DNA from: Malacoraja senta
Lineage: Eukaryota
Direction: 5' to 3'
DNA length: 64,000 bases
Assembly (NCBI GenBank): GCA_038087875.1
Contig: CM075988.1
Coordinates: 16,556,001 to 16,620,000 of the forward strand
Part shown: one piece after another, positions 1 to 13,950 of the stretch
Numbering within the stretch: the first letter of the stretch is position 1
Layout: each line of letters begins with the position of its first letter
Notes under the pieces: generated by a model
Told to the model about the DNA's origin: nothing
Databases searched by the model: none
Seen by the model: only the letters and a program-made list of their open reading frames with translations
Made by a program: the position numbers and the translations under genes

Positions 1-435
1 ATAGAAACATAGAAAATAGTTGCAGGCGTAGCCCATTTGGCCCTTCGAGCCAGCACCGCCATTCAATACAATCATGGCTAATCAGAAAAAATCAGTACCC
101 TGTTCCTGCTTTCTCCCCAAATCTCTTGATTCGGTTAGGCCTAAGAGCTATATCTAACTCTCTCTTGAAAACATCCAGTGAATTGGCCTCCACTACCTTC
201 TGTGGTGGAGAATTCCACAGATTCACAACTGTCTGGGTGTAAAGGTTTTTCTTCATCTGAGTCCTAAATAGCCTACCCCTTATTCTTAAACGGTGACCCA
301 TGGTTCTGGACTCCCCCAACATCGGGAACATTTTCCTGCATCTACCCTGTCCAAACTCTGAAGAATTTTGTATGTTTCTACAAGATCCCCTCTCAACTTT
401 CTAAATTCCAGTGAATACAAACCCAGTCGATCCAT
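1..435 (-). mobile_element. CR1 3' fragment
   Basis: Encodes MFPMLGESRT...FGEKAGTGY, homologous to the ORF2 C-terminus at 27870-28107. The microsatellite tail is at the window start. Confidence 0.88.
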
Positions 436-794
436 TCTTTCGATATTCCCTGTGTTCTTCCCATCCTACCTACCTGTCTTTGGTCCACTTGACGGTGGGT
501 CCGGGGTCACCCACAGCTCGACACGGCAGAAACACATCTTTCATCCAAGGCGTCGTCACTGTACCTCCAAACGCAATAATCCTTGCTGGGGCTGCAATTC
601 AAATCAAGGAAGCTTTACCTCTTTGAGTCTTGCTCTATGTTATTTATCACATAAAATAGTCCCACGTCTTGTACAGTATACATCAACTAATAAAGGAGGT
701 ACAATCCAGAGCTCGAAATCTACAATATATTACACAACACATCGGTACCTTGCATCCACTGCAGATTCACCTCCAAGTCACACAACCTCCTTAT

Positions 795-1123
795 AGCCCT
801 GTCCCACGGTACGAGTTCATTCCAAGAGCTCTCCCGAGTTTAAAAAAAAATCAAACTCGTGGTAAGCACGGAGAATGAACATAGCGGGTACGTCGGAGCT
901 CGTTTACGTCTCTTAGCGGCTCGTAACGCTAACGGCAGGTACTCGGGAAGACTCGCTAACGGCAGGTAAGCACAGGAAGACTCGTGAAGATTTTTCAACA
1001 TGTTGAAAAATGTCCACGAGAGCCACGAGTACCGACGAGTGGGCATTACCGTAAATCTCCGAGTTCGAATCAGGGCAAACTCGGGAGAGCTCTTGGAATG
1101 AACTCGTACCGTGGGACAGGGCT
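795..1123. mobile_element. MITE (non-autonomous DNA transposon, PIF/Harbinger-like termini)
   Basis: Perfect 47-bp TIR agccctgtcccacggtacgagttcattccaagagctctcccgagttt at both ends. CpG-rich non-coding interior. TSD is not clean. Confidence 0.85.
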
Positions 1124-3926
1124 TTAACTATATCACAGTTTCTTCATCATTAGTGGATCTGAAATCTGGAACTTGTCCCTGCCCCACAGGTCTGTGGGAC
1201 CATTTCCACCAAAAGGACCACTGTGGTTCAAGTAAATGGTCACCATCACCTTGTCAAGGGTGATTAAGGACAGGCGACAAATGCTGGCTACATTCCATAA
1301 ATACAAAGAATGGATAAATATACAATATACCCTAGTGTAAGGGGTTTAGAGCATTGGATATTTGGGTGTGGTGCAGCGGTAGAGATGCTGCCTCACAGCA
1401 CCAGAGACCCGGGTTCGATCCTGACTGCGATGCTGTCTGTATAGAGTTTGCACGTTCTCCCTGTGACCGTGTTGTTTTTCTCTGGGTGTTCCGGATTCCT
1501 CTCACATTTCAAAGATTTGTCGGTTAATTGGCTTCTGTAAATTGCCCCAAGTGTGTAGGATGAGAAAGTGGGATAACATGGAACTAATGTTCGGGTGATC
1601 GATGGTCGGTGTGGGCTGAAGGGCCTGTTGCCACACTGTATCTCTGAACTAAAGGAAACTATTGACGGTTCACCATCATCGTGCCCAGTACATTGTAACA
1701 GGTACAACACAGTACATGGCACTTTGAGTATTGTGTATTATGCCGTCCACAGTTTGCAATTATCATGCAAAATAATATTGTAACATGCAATGCAGAATAT
1801 TTAAGGACAGTTTAAAGTATGGTGCGTAATGCATTGAACAACCCCAGGCCAATTCGGGGGGAAAAAACTCTCTGACAATGAAGAACAGATTCACGGAAGT
1901 TTTCGTGAACCATAAATCCATGTCCAAGGTGTGTTGTAATATTGACTTCAATGATATCACTCCTCCATGACTAACCTCAATGGATAGCTTAAGCAAAGAG
2001 CCATGGATTTGTGTGCTGGTGATCACCTTACACTTCAAATGATTTGGAATAATTCATTTGTGATTGCAAAAGTACCGACTGAGGTATTGTTCCACTGACA
2101 TCAACAGCAATCCAGTATCCTGTGTTCTGCTTGTGTAATATACATGATAATGAGGAGCCTATTTTACCCACTCACTAGGTCCCACTTTCCCTCAGTCAAT
2201 GTCTACAACTGGAAGCTAGCAACTGGGCTCATGGGAACAGATCCCACCTGTTGATCCTGCATGGTGGGGTGGGATTGGGATCACTCAACTGAACGCTGAA
2301 AGTGGGGTAAATGGGCAATAGAGGAGAACATTAATAGGGGATTGGACTGCTTTGTGAGTCGGCAGAGACTGATTGGGCCAAAATAGCCTTCTTAGGAAAT
2401 AAGAAGATCCCATGGAAAGGCAGAGTTTGGCTTAACTCTAGGGGGGATTTCACAGTATAAAATAGCAGCCTGGGACTTCATGCCCTGGTGTTCATCTGTG
2501 GGGCTATGGTCATGGGTAGGTATGAGGAAGTGTCCAAGAGTTGGCACTTGGTCTCAGCACAGCATTTAAACTCTAAATAAGAGGACACAAAGTATTGGAG
2601 TAACTCAGTGGATCAGGCAGCATCTTTGGAGAACATGGATAGGTGACGTTTCGGGTCGGGATCCTTCTTCAGACTCAGAGATGCTGCCCGACCCGCTGAG
2701 TTCCTCCAGCACCTTCTGTGTCCTTTTGTGTAAACCAGCATCCGAAGTTCCTTGTTTCCATGTTCTCACTCAGCTATGGTCCAAGAGAAGACCTATTAAC
2801 TGGGTCTCCAGTCATTGGGTAACTGTAGAATCTGAGAACAACAATGGTCTACTCTGGCAGGACTATGTAGCCCAGCGCACAATCGCAGTATCACTGGGCC
2901 ATTGATGGCTACTGACTGAGATGTCCAGCGAGCAAGATTGTTTCTTCAGTCGTGCCGTTCTCCGACATTCTTCCTTTCAACTCCCCAATAAAAATGGCAG
3001 AGTCTTGTCAATTAACAGCAACGTCAGTGATGTACGAGGGGCGGGCGAGACTCACACCACCGCTTAAGCGGACAAATCTATTTGCAGGCTGTTTTTGTTC
3101 AGTGAATCTGTTTACCATGCCTCCACACTCCAGGGACAGCTAGGCTGAAGACAGGCTTCAAAAGGGAATCAAATCCCTTTTGCTGTCGAGATGCCAAACT
3201 AACAAGCAACTGCATAAACTCTTAATGAAGCAGTGAGCTCGAGAAGGCAGTAAGAGGGAAACTAAGAGCCTTACTTACCTTGTTATCATTTACCAATGGA
3301 AGGACTTGACCTGTGAGGTTAATAATATCCGTTCAGCACACAAGCTGACAATGAGCATTTACATAAGATCGGCAGAAAGGCTCGCTGATTGAAAGTTCAA
3401 TCAGATATTGAAAAACATTAGGAGAAGCTCACTGTGACAAAACAGAGACGCAGACAGGATACAGCTCACAGCTTAATCAGCACACCTTCACATGCTTCAA
3501 ACAGAGAGGATGAAACAAAATTGCACACCTCAAACAGCAAGGCATTTGTTAGTGGTGCCCACCCTGCTGATGAAATGGCTATGGGTATTACAGCTTTGAA
3601 TATTATATCAGCTTTGTCTGTCAGTTAGCCCATTCTGGTTTGCGAAATCTGCCGGTCATCTATCTGTGATCTAGGCTCTGCTTTCTTCTCTCTTCATTAC
3701 TGCAGTCTTGTTTGGTGGGCATGGGCCACAACCCTGCGGTTAGCGACACTTCACACAGACAGAGAAACACAATCTGCCACGTCAACCTATTTGATCTCAC
3801 CCCATCAGAGATATTCCCATTGTTCTTCCCATCCGAGCCCCACAACCAATTCAACTAAGAACTAACTTGGTTTTTTTCCCCTCCCTGGTTTGTTGAAGAG
3901 TCTAGAGTCAAGGGTGTTTAATTGTT

Positions 3927-4130
3927 AGGAAGGAACCGCAGATGCTGGTTTACATCGACGATGGACACAAAATGTTGGATGGAGTAACTCAGCGGGACAG
4001 GCAGCATCTCTGGAGAGAAGGAATGGGTGACTGAAGGTGGGTCTCGACCTGAAACGTCACCTATCCCTTCTCTCCAGAGATGCTGCCTGTCCCGCTGAGT
4101 TACTCCAGCATTTTGTGTCTATCTTCGGTG
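3927..4130. repeat. Palindromic Penelope-derived terminal repeat
   Basis: Inverted arms gagtaactcagcgggacaggcagcatctctggagagaagg / ccttctctccagagatgctgcctgtcccgctgagttactc. Similar copies lie near 2580-2760, 44645-44840, 50097-50290 and 52365-52530. Confidence 0.8.
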
Positions 4131-4903
4131 TTTAATCATCATATGTACTGACATTGGAACAATTACATTCTTGCAGCAGCATAACAGCCCTGCAAACACA
4201 ACATAGATAATAGTGTATATAATAAACTCAAATTTCAATAAATTTGTAAATTAAATAAATTCAAGTGTCTGGAACCTGGAATATTAATTCTGTTTCTGAT
4301 TCCATAGATGCTGTGGAGTTTTCATAGCATTTTGTATTTTTATTTAGTAAGAATATAGAACCTGGAACATAGAACAGTACAGCACAGGAATAAGCTCTTT
4401 GGCCCACAATGTCTGCGCTGGACATGATGCCACACTAATCTCATCTGCCTGTACATGATCCATATCCCTCTATTCTCTGCATATCCATGTGCCCATCCGA
4501 CAGCCTTGTGACTGTCACTGTTGTATCTGCCTCAACCACCACGCCTGACAGTGTGATTCAGGCACCCACCAATCTCTGCATAAACAACTTGCCCCACAGT
4601 TTCCTTTAAACTTTGCCCCTCTCACCTTAAAGCTGTGCCCTCTGCTCTTTGACATTTCCAATGTTATTCATTTGTGGAGTTGAATGGGACCTGGTGCCAT
4701 TTTGTCCCAGGAAGTACTTGAGGGAGTTTGTCAGTGGGCCAGAGGTGGACTAGTGGCTGAGAGGCTGGGATTAATACTCCACCCCACACAAGGTGAGCTA
4801 CAGGTCACTCCAGGTGCTCCAACACTAACATTTAAATAATGCCCGTTGAACTTTTATGTTTAATGGAATGCACGTTAAAATGGACCTCAGTTTGGCTGTT
4901 TGG

Positions 4904-5073
4904 CCCACCAAGTCTGCACTGAGCAGCAATCACTCCACCCACCAAGTCTGCACTGAGCAGCGATCACTCCACCCACCAAGTCTGCACTGAGCAGCGATCA
5001 CTCCTCCCACCAAGTCTGCACTGAGCAGCGATCACTCCGCCCACCAAGTCTGCACTGAGCAGCAATCACTCCG
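4904..5073. repeat. 34-bp minisatellite, 5 copies, inside a SINE
   Basis: Unit cccaccaagtctgcactgagcagcratcactccn at 4904, 4938, 4972, 5006 and 5040. Confidence 0.92.
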
Positions 5074-7036
5074 CACGCTAACACTCTCCTACACACTGGA
5101 GACAATTTACAATCTTTACCGAGGCCAATTAACCTCCAAACTTGCACGTGTTTGGAGGGTGAGAGGAAACCGGAGCACCCGGGGGAAACCCACACGGTCA
5201 CAGGGAGAACGTGCACACTCCGTACAGACAGCATCCATAGCCAGGATCAAACCTGGGTGGTATTTACTTCAAAATTTGCAGTATTTTGAATTTGGTAATG
5301 AACACCCTCGTCTGTGAGTGATCAGAGACTTGTTCCTCCATCTTTGTTTCCAGAACAAAGGAGTGACATCACTGAACAAAAATAATATCCTGCAGATGAT
5401 AGAAATCTGAAATAAAACTCTCAAGGCTGGAAATACTCGGCAGAACTCTCAGCATCAGGGACGGGTTAAAGATGAATGATTCAGGTCTTTGGCATGTGAC
5501 GAAAGCCATCATTGTTAACTCTGTTTTTCTCTTTCTCACCTGGATGTGCTGTGTCCATCAGACTCTTTTCACTGAACTGGTTAACGCTAGTTAACTGGGA
5601 GTTTGGTGACAAATGCATGGAGAAGGGGTGTGCAGTTTAGCAGAAGAGTGGTTACAATATTGGACTGTAATTCTTAATCTAAATCCCACCATGGCAGCTG
5701 TGGAATTTAAATTTAAAGTAATAATCTGGAATTTAGGGATAAAATCCAACAACAAGTACGTAGTTTTAATACCAATGGCAACCAAAAATTATCGGATTGT
5801 TACAACCCATCTGGGTCACTAATATCCTGCAGGGAAGGAAATCTCCCGTCCTTGTACAGTTTGAACTATATGCAGCTCTAGACTCACTCCACGTGGTTGC
5901 CTCTTAAAAGGTGTCTGAAATGGACAAACAAGTCATTGACCAGTTGAGATATTTCAGCTGAGGTCTTCCAGTTGTGCTGAGATATCTGGAACTATCAGTG
6001 GTTTCTCTGTCACCTACTGCAGCCCTTTTCTAGCAGGGTCCCAGGGCCTCACCCACCTCCTGCCTTCTCCTTTGCCCACACACCCCGCAATAGGCACTGG
6101 CGCAAAGCAGGCACAAGAGAGCAAAATAAAGGATAGGTGCTGGAGGGAAAGGGCCAGTCGATGTGTCACGTCGAGACCCTTCATCTAGAGATAAGAGGCC
6201 CAGTCATGTATCATACAGCACGGAAACTGGCCCTTCGGCCCAACATGTTCCAACCTAAGGTGGCACAGTGGCCCACTGGTAAAGTTGCTGCCTTACAGGG
6301 CCAGGGACCCCGGGTTTGATCCTAACTACGGGTGCTGCATGTACGGAGTTTGTACGTTCTCCCTGTGACCGCACGGGTTTTCTCCGGATGGCCCAGAGAA
6401 AACCCACATTCTTCCCACATTTCTTCCCACATTCAAAAGACGTGCTGGTTTGTAGATAGATTGCCTTCTGTAAATGGCTCCAAGTGTAAAGGATGCAAAA
6501 TTGGAATAAAATAGACCTCGTGTACGGGTGATCGTTGGGCATCGCAGACTTGGTGGGCCGAAGGGCCTGCTTTAACACATTAAACTAAACTAAATTAAAT
6601 TAAACTAAACTAAACTGAAACCAAACTGAACCAAAGGTCCCGACCTGAAGCGTCCTTTTTCCCCAGAGATGCTGCCTGACCTGCTGAGTTGCTCCAATAC
6701 TATCTAACTAAACTGAACTTGTCCGTGCCAAATAAGCTGCCCCATCTGTGCCAGTCCCAACAGCCCACGTTTGGCCCATTTCCTCGTAAACCTTTCCTCC
6801 CCATGTGCCTGTCCAAGTTTCTTTTAAAATGGACAGGTACACAGATAGGAAATGTTTACAGGGAAATGAGGCAAATAGGTTGTGGATAGCCTTGGGGTCC
6901 TGCCTCCCTCCAGGAATGTGCACCCCATTTCATCTCTCAAAGCATTTGCACTGTGTTCCAAAACGCAAGGTGCAGTTGCAATTACAGTTGAACCCCAGAT
7001 TAGTGTCAAGGAGGCGAGTGGTGATTGCTGACGTAC

Positions 7037-7190
7037 CCTTTGCTGCAGGTTCCCCGGTGACCTTGTGGCTGGCGTTGCCTCGACCGGCCGATGTGACGGC
7101 TGCCACCCAGAGCAAGTACTGCTGCTTGCTGTTCAGGTTTGGGATCTGGTAGAACAAAGTCTCCGGCGAAGCCTCGTATTCACTGGGTGC
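7037..7190 (-). CDS. DSCAML1: DSCAML1 coding exon, last in window (154 nt, phase 0 to 1)
   Basis: Acceptor tctcgcgcag|GCA, donor G|gtacgt. Encodes APSEYEASPETLFYQIPNLNSKQQYLLWVAAVTSAGRGNASHKVTGEPAAK. All six exons splice into one open frame. Confidence 0.95.
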
Positions 7191-9161
7191 CTGCGCGAGA
7201 TAAACAGTGTTGGATTAGTCTGTAGCAGCTTCATCTGTCGTGTTGGGCAGTGGGTTACAGTCCAGTCTCAACTGTTCCGTCACTTCAGTCTGAAGATGGG
7301 TCTCGTCTCAAAACGTCACCTATCCATGTTCTCCAGAGATGCTGCCTGACCCACTGAATTACTCCAGCACTTTGTGTCCTTAGAGTCCAACTCTATCCAA
7401 CTGCTCAGCTTCCTACACTTGATATTCAATAGATTGGCTGTATTTAGAGAAGTAGCGGACACCCAGTGGTAGTAGGGGAAGAGAGGATTGTTATTACGTG
7501 GAACGTTTGAGTTTATTTGGGCTGAAGTTTAGAAATACTCCAATCGCTAAAGGTCCATGAAAAGCGAAAACAAAGAACGATAAATGATTTTGAGAGGGGG
7601 AGAATTGCAAAGTTGGCAAGTCATGGTAAACCTGCAACAGGGTGGCACAGTGGCGCAGTTGGTAGAGCTGCTGCCTCACATTGCTGGAGACCCGGAGCAT
7701 TTTACTGAACTCGGTACACGTGACAATAAACTAAACTAACCGTGACTCTATAAAAGGTGAAAATGTCGCTCGTTGCAAACTATACTTGGTCATGTCTCAC
7801 CAAGAGGCACCAGCTTAAAGCAACACATTTACCAACTCATGAGTAGGAGAGAACTGCAGATGCTGGTTTAAATCGAAGATAGACACAAAATGCTGGAGTA
7901 ACTCAACGGGACAGGCAGCATCTCTGGAGAGGAGGAATGGGTGATGTTTCGGGTGAATGTACTCACTTTCTCTTTCATTGGACCGAACTTGGCCTGTTCC
8001 TATTTGCACACCTGTCATTCCATTGATTTTGGTTTCTGGTTTACAAATCATTTTGCTACGAGGAGATCAGGAAAGACACAAACAGAGAAAGGAGGTTGCG
8101 TTCTTTACAAAGCCGGAACGCCGGCACTACGGTGACAAGGTGACAGGAGGTCTGCAAATTGCTACTTATCAAAACCTCTGCTTCAAATTCATTTCACTAT
8201 CCGAGCTGCGTGTTGCCATGGAGTTGTAATCTGTTCATCAAAGCGGCTAGTTAAAACCATGGGGATCTGATACAGTTATTTTGCTGGCATGTTGTCAAAG
8301 TTGCCTTGGAGAAATCTACAATAACACTGGAAACAATACTTCTAATTCAGGCGAGAGTATATTACAACAAAAGAAAAAGAAAATTTCATTTTTGGAGGCC
8401 TGCAATCATAGCAGGATTTTAAATCCAAATGTCCTAGAAAAGAAGATTGACATACAACCCCCCCCCCCCCCCCCTTCCTCCCCCAATTGTCAATTGAATG
8501 TATCAATAGAAACTATTCTCTCTCCACAGGAAATGCTGGCTTGCAGCGTTAAAATATGATGGTTCTTTCTCTGACTGCCTAGCTTCTGAATGGTGTGAAG
8601 CTGGACTTGTCAGCTGCAGGAGGGTTGCATTAAAGGTGCACGAAGACCGTTCTCAGTGCCAAGGATCAACAGGTGATGATTTTAGGCCTGCAATTTTCTA
8701 ATAAGGCGTGGTCCGTGCTGGGGGAGCCAAAATAGGGCTGTCAATCCTTCACCAATGCCCCGGGCATTCAAAAATTAATCTGCAGAATGCAGCTGCAAGC
8801 TGTTCTGGAGAAAAATCACAGCGTTTTAAATGAAATTCATCTCTTTTTCTTTTTCCCAGAAAACTATTGTTTATTCATGATCAAAATTCAGGCGGGAAGG
8901 CATGGGATGATCGCTAATTAAGAAATATCCGATCAGATGAAAGTAAGTTTGTTCTCTTTCCAATTTGCTGTGTGGTGGTGGTATAAGTTCATAAGTCATT
9001 GGAGCAAATTAGGCCATTCAGCCCATCGAATCTATCCTGTCATTCAATCGTGGCTGATCTATCTTTCCCTCTCAACCCCATTCTCCTGCCTTCTCCCTGT
9101 AATCTTTGACAGCCTTACTAATCAAGTACCTGTCAATCTCCGCTTTAAAATACCCAATGAC

Positions 9162-9793
9162 CGGAAGATGGTCCAGAACTAAATGTGTTTCAAAAGAAAC
9201 TAATGGACTATGGGTTAATAACTGGAAAAAAGCTAATTCTAAAATTTTGGAAGAAGGCTCCAATACCAACTATAAATATGTGGATTTCAAATATGTTTGA
9301 AACATTACACCTAGAAGAGATAAGACTCCTCCTAGCAGGTAAACCAGATCATTTCCACCTGACATGGTCTGCATTTATAGAATTATTACAAACATAAGGT
9401 GCAAAAGTACTTTAAAAAAAAAAAAATTGAGGTCAGGTAAGGGGGGATGATAGTTGAAGAGTTGGTATGTCCAATTTGCGTAATGCTCAAAAAAATATTT
9501 GTTTCTCTCTTTTTCCTCTTTCTCTCTTTCTTTTTTTCCTAGGGTCTATTTCTTAACTCTTTTTCTTTTGTTTTTAATTTTGCTCTTATAGGGTCTTTGT
9601 CCTTTTTTGTTGTCACATTTCCTACACTTCCACTTTTTCCTTCACTTTCTTCTTTCTTTCAATCTTTTCCTTTTCTAGTGTAAAAAATAAATGGAGTACA
9701 TTAATTGTAAGAAGATATAAATGACAAGTACTAATGTATGTGGTTGTAATGTAATGTACTTCTAATAAAATACAAATTAAAAAAAAATAAAAA
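9162..9793 (+). mobile_element. L1/Tx1-clade LINE 3' fragment with poly(A) and 15-bp TSD
   Basis: ORF end ...KKLILKFWK...WISNMFETLHLE...W, AATAAA at 9764 and an A-tail. TSD AAAATACCCAATGAC at 9147-9161 and 9794-9808. Inserted in a minus-strand CR1 tail. Confidence 0.82.
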
Positions 9794-12700
9794 AAAATAC
9801 CCAATGACTTGACCTCCACAGCAGTCTGTGGCAATTCATTCCACAGATTCACCACCCACTGGCGAAAGAATCTCCTCCTCATCTCCTTTTTAAAGCAACG
9901 TCCAAGGCATGTTGCAAAGATAGATGTGTCAGGAGATGGACGTTGGCAAAATAGGTGGTGAGGGTTGAACATGTTGACGAAAGATTGGTATTTCCCCAAT
10001 TAATGGTGGCTCTGACTCTTGGTGACCAAATGGACAAACATAGAATGTTACACTCTGTGGCTTAGCTACTCTTGCCTGTATGTCAGATCAATGTGGCGGC
10101 ACAGAGCTGCTGCCTCTCCACGCCAGAGACCCAGGTTCAATCCTGACCTCGGGTGCTGTCTGTGCGAAGTTTGCACGTTCTCCCTGTGACTGCATGTGTT
10201 CACTCCGAGTGCTCTGGTTTCTTCCCATATTCCCAAAAGGTGCGGGTGTGTGAGGTTAATGTGCCTCGGTAAAAAAAATCGGCTGTAATGTGTAGGGAGT
10301 GAACGAGAAATTGGGATATCGAAGAACTGGTGTAAATGGGTGATCGATGATCATTGGGCCTGTTTCCATGCTGTATCACTAAAACTAAAAACTAAAACAA
10401 AACTATGGAGACTAAAGCACAAAATGGTTAGGTTGGTGTTGGCGTTGTGGTATTGAGGGAGTGCTTCAGTGGCTGGCTGTGAAACAAGATGTCTGAGGTC
10501 TCCCGCTCCTAAAGTATTCCACGCTGGTTTTGTGAAGAAGAGATGAACTGCCCCAATCTCCTGCTCAATATTTACCCCGCCTCACAAAAAAGAATTGTCA
10601 TCGATTGCTGTTAGTAAGAACTTGTTGGGAGTAAATTCACTTCTGTGTTTTCTCCATTATAATAAAATCGATACTTAAAAAGTACCTCAGAGCCTTTGAG
10701 GCATCTTGAGTTCATTAAAGCTGCTTTAGCAATGCAATTGATTTTTTTTGCCTATTGAAAGTATCTCCCTATTTGAATTACGGAAGCACTAATAAATGGT
10801 AGAAAGAGACTGACTAAGGAAGAGTAATGTTTGAAAAGCAGGGGAAAATACTCTAACATGGTACTTGGCCTGGACCATTGCTGGAATATGTTGACTTAAC
10901 AGCATTATTCCTCCTTATCAGCATTTCTAAGATCCTATATTGCATCCTCTTACAGGTTTTTGTTTCCATCCTTCCCAGTGCTATCAAATCGTGCTATCCA
11001 GTACCCAATACAATCAACCCATACACAACTACCGCAGAGAGTGCAAAGACAAAAATACCAGAGAGCAGAATGGAGTTTTACAGCATTATTGCATTGCAGT
11101 TACAGAGAAAATGCCCATTGCCGCAATGAGGTAGGTTAGAAGATTGGGACTACACTCCAGCGGATGGGAGAACCTTTCAGATAACAGCGGGGAAGAAGCT
11201 GCTCCTGAGGGACAGGAGAGAAGAGGGAATGACCGGGGTGGAAAATCCTTGATTATGTTGGCTGCTTTCTTGGGGGAATGGAAAGTGCTGATAGAGTGAA
11301 TGGTGCGGAGGATGGTGATATCGACATCCTTTAACATCCATTTATACTGTCTTCTGCTGTAAAACAGGAATGTCGTAGAGAGCATGAGCAATGGTGAGGA
11401 AGGAAAAATGGTCTGGAATTAATTTATTTCCTATGCTGGCTCCAACTCAAAATGTCCAATTCAAAAACATATAGATGCAAATAAATGCCAATCAAAAAAT
11501 CCTGAGAGGAAGCTTTATAATCAAGTTTAGAATGAGTCCAAACCAATCCTACATGTAATTGGTGTAGGGAGGAACTGCAGATTATGGTTATATTTAATAG
11601 GTGCTTTTCTGAATTTTATCTTCCCATGAATTTATTGCCGTTGCAATGCAATTGTCCCAGAGTTTTGGGGAATTCACGGAAGTTTTGGGGATTGATGGGA
11701 GGGGAAAGGGGAGGTGTAAAGCTGGAGATTTCAGGATAACATTCAGAATTAAAGGAATTTTAGGAAGGAGATGAGGGGACATTTCTTTAGTCAAGAGGGT
11801 GGTGAATCAGTGGAATTATTTGCCACAGAAGTCTGCGGAGGTCAAGTCAGCAGATATATTTAATGCATAGATAGACCGATTCTTGATTAGTGGAGGTTCA
11901 GAGGTCATGGGGAGAAGGCAGGACAATGGGGTTCGGAGGGAGAGATGAATCAGCCATGATTGATTGGTGGAGTAGACTTGATGGGTCAAATGACCTAATT
12001 CTACTCCTATCACTTATGACCTTATGTGAGCTTGTGTCACAACGTCTATTCAATTGGAGTCCATGGAGCCCTGGGATCTGAGGTAAACCCTCTGTTAAAC
12101 AATGAATTCCAGGCGGTCAGCCTGTTTGTGACAGATGAGCTGCTCAGGCCCATGTTCTCTGGTCTGGAGCCCACACTGATGCTGGGCAGTTGTGCACTGG
12201 TGAGGATGAACCACACTAGGCAGCTGCATCAACATCAGCATGTTCCGAGGAAGCCTGTCTCTCAATTACTGTGTTTTTGCACGTCGCTGAACGACACCAA
12301 AACGCTTTCAAATTTATACCCAGTTTCTGAATACAATTAAATTGTTTTCAATATTTGCTGAGTGGAAATTGAAGCCCGGTATTTTCTGTATGAGAGTGGG
12401 TGTTATGCTGCTTTTATTCAGATGATATTTGATTGATGCTTGTTAATGTTTGAAAGGAATTTGGCTTTGTAGAGAAAAGAAATCCCCACTTGATATCAGA
12501 GGATTTACATTTGAAAGGATGCATTTTAAAACATGATTAAACCGCTCTCTACATGTGGCAGTTTCATATTATGAGTTTCGTGTGGTATTATGGTTTAATG
12601 GAGGTCTGAGATTATTGATTAGTTTCTGCTGAAGGGGTTTGTGACACTTCCCTCTTTCCATGTGACTGCCTCTGGATGAGGCACCAGATCCCCAGGTCAA

Positions 12701-13017
12701 TGTTATCCCCGGCGGGCTGGTGAGACAATGATACGTGATCTCGACAGTAGAGCAGACTTCTCGGGGAGCTGTCAGTGCCAGGCCTGAAATGCTCTGGGGA
12801 GCCTGAACAATGTTTCCCTGTCCTGCCTCACTGCCCAGAGACATGCGTAAGCATACATAGTGGGAGCGGCGAAACTACCGGATTCTTTGGTAAAATGCTA
12901 CCTGGTTCACGAGTATCCCCTGTGGGGGGAAAGGAAATCTGCTCTCTCTGTGGACACCAACAGCAGACCCATCAACGTGTCTGAATGTCAAGTGCCTCCT
13001 CATTCCAGTCACCACCA

Positions 13018-13380
13018 ATAATGGACAAAATCATGAGAGGAATAGATCGGGAAGACGCACAGAGTCTCTTGCCCAGAGTAGGGGAATCAAGAACTAGAGG
13101 ACATGGGTTTAAGGCGATGGGGGTAAGATTAAATAGGAACCTGAGGGGTAGTTCATTCACACAGAGGGCGGTGGGTGTATGGAACGAGCTGCCGGAGGAG
13201 GTAGTTGAGGCAGGTAGTATTGCAACGTTTAAGAAACATTTGGACAGGCAAGCAGATAGGACGGGTTTAGAGGGATAGGGACCAAAAGCAGGCAGGTGGG
13301 ACTAGTGTCGATGGGACATGTTGTTTGGTGTGGGCGTTGGGTCGAGGGGACTGTTTATATGCTCTATGTCTCTATGACTA
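13018..13380 (+). mobile_element. CR1 3' fragment
   Basis: KIMRGIDREDAQSLLPRVGESRTRGHGFK...WNELPEEVVEA, followed by the tail. Confidence 0.85.
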
Positions 13381-13399
13381 TATCGACAGGTACTTGAAT

Positions 13400-13950
13400 G
13401 ATTAGGTTTAGATTTATTAGTGTCATGTGTACTGAGGTACAGTGAAAAGCTTTGTTTTGCATGCCATCTAATCAGATCAGATAATACTATATATACTGTA
13501 TACTGTATATAATCAAGCCAAACTGAGGTATGAGAGATAAAGCAAAGGGGAAGATGCAGAGTGCAGAATATAGTTCTCAGCATCAGTTAAACATCAGTTC
13601 CATAGACAGAGTCCAATGTCTGCAATGGGGTAGAGGCAAATCGGGTTGTCCCCAGCTTATGGAAGTACAATTCAGAAGCCTGATAACAGATAAGAATAAG
13701 TTATTCCTGAGTCTGGTGGTGTGCGCTTTCAAACCTCTGCATGTTCTGCCTGACGGAAGCCGGGAGAAGAAGGAATGACCGGGGTGGATGAGTATTTGAT
13801 TGTATTGGCTGTTTTTCTGAGGCAGCGTGCAATGTAGATGGAGTCACTGGTGGAATGTCTGGTTCGTATGATGGTCTGGGCTACATCTGCATCTCTCTGT
13901 AGTTTCTTGCAGTCTTGTGCAGAGGTGTTTTTCAAACCAAGCTGTGATGC
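13400..13950 (-). mobile_element. Degenerate Rex1/Babar-like LINE 3' fragment
   Basis: SAQDCKKLQR...AQTI...IYIARCLRKTANTIK, homologous to 29121-29399. Confidence 0.7.

Noticed and set aside
4904..5073. CRISPR-like 34-bp repeats (also 57150-57248)
   Set aside because: Head-to-tail units with no spacers, no cas genes and a eukaryotic context.
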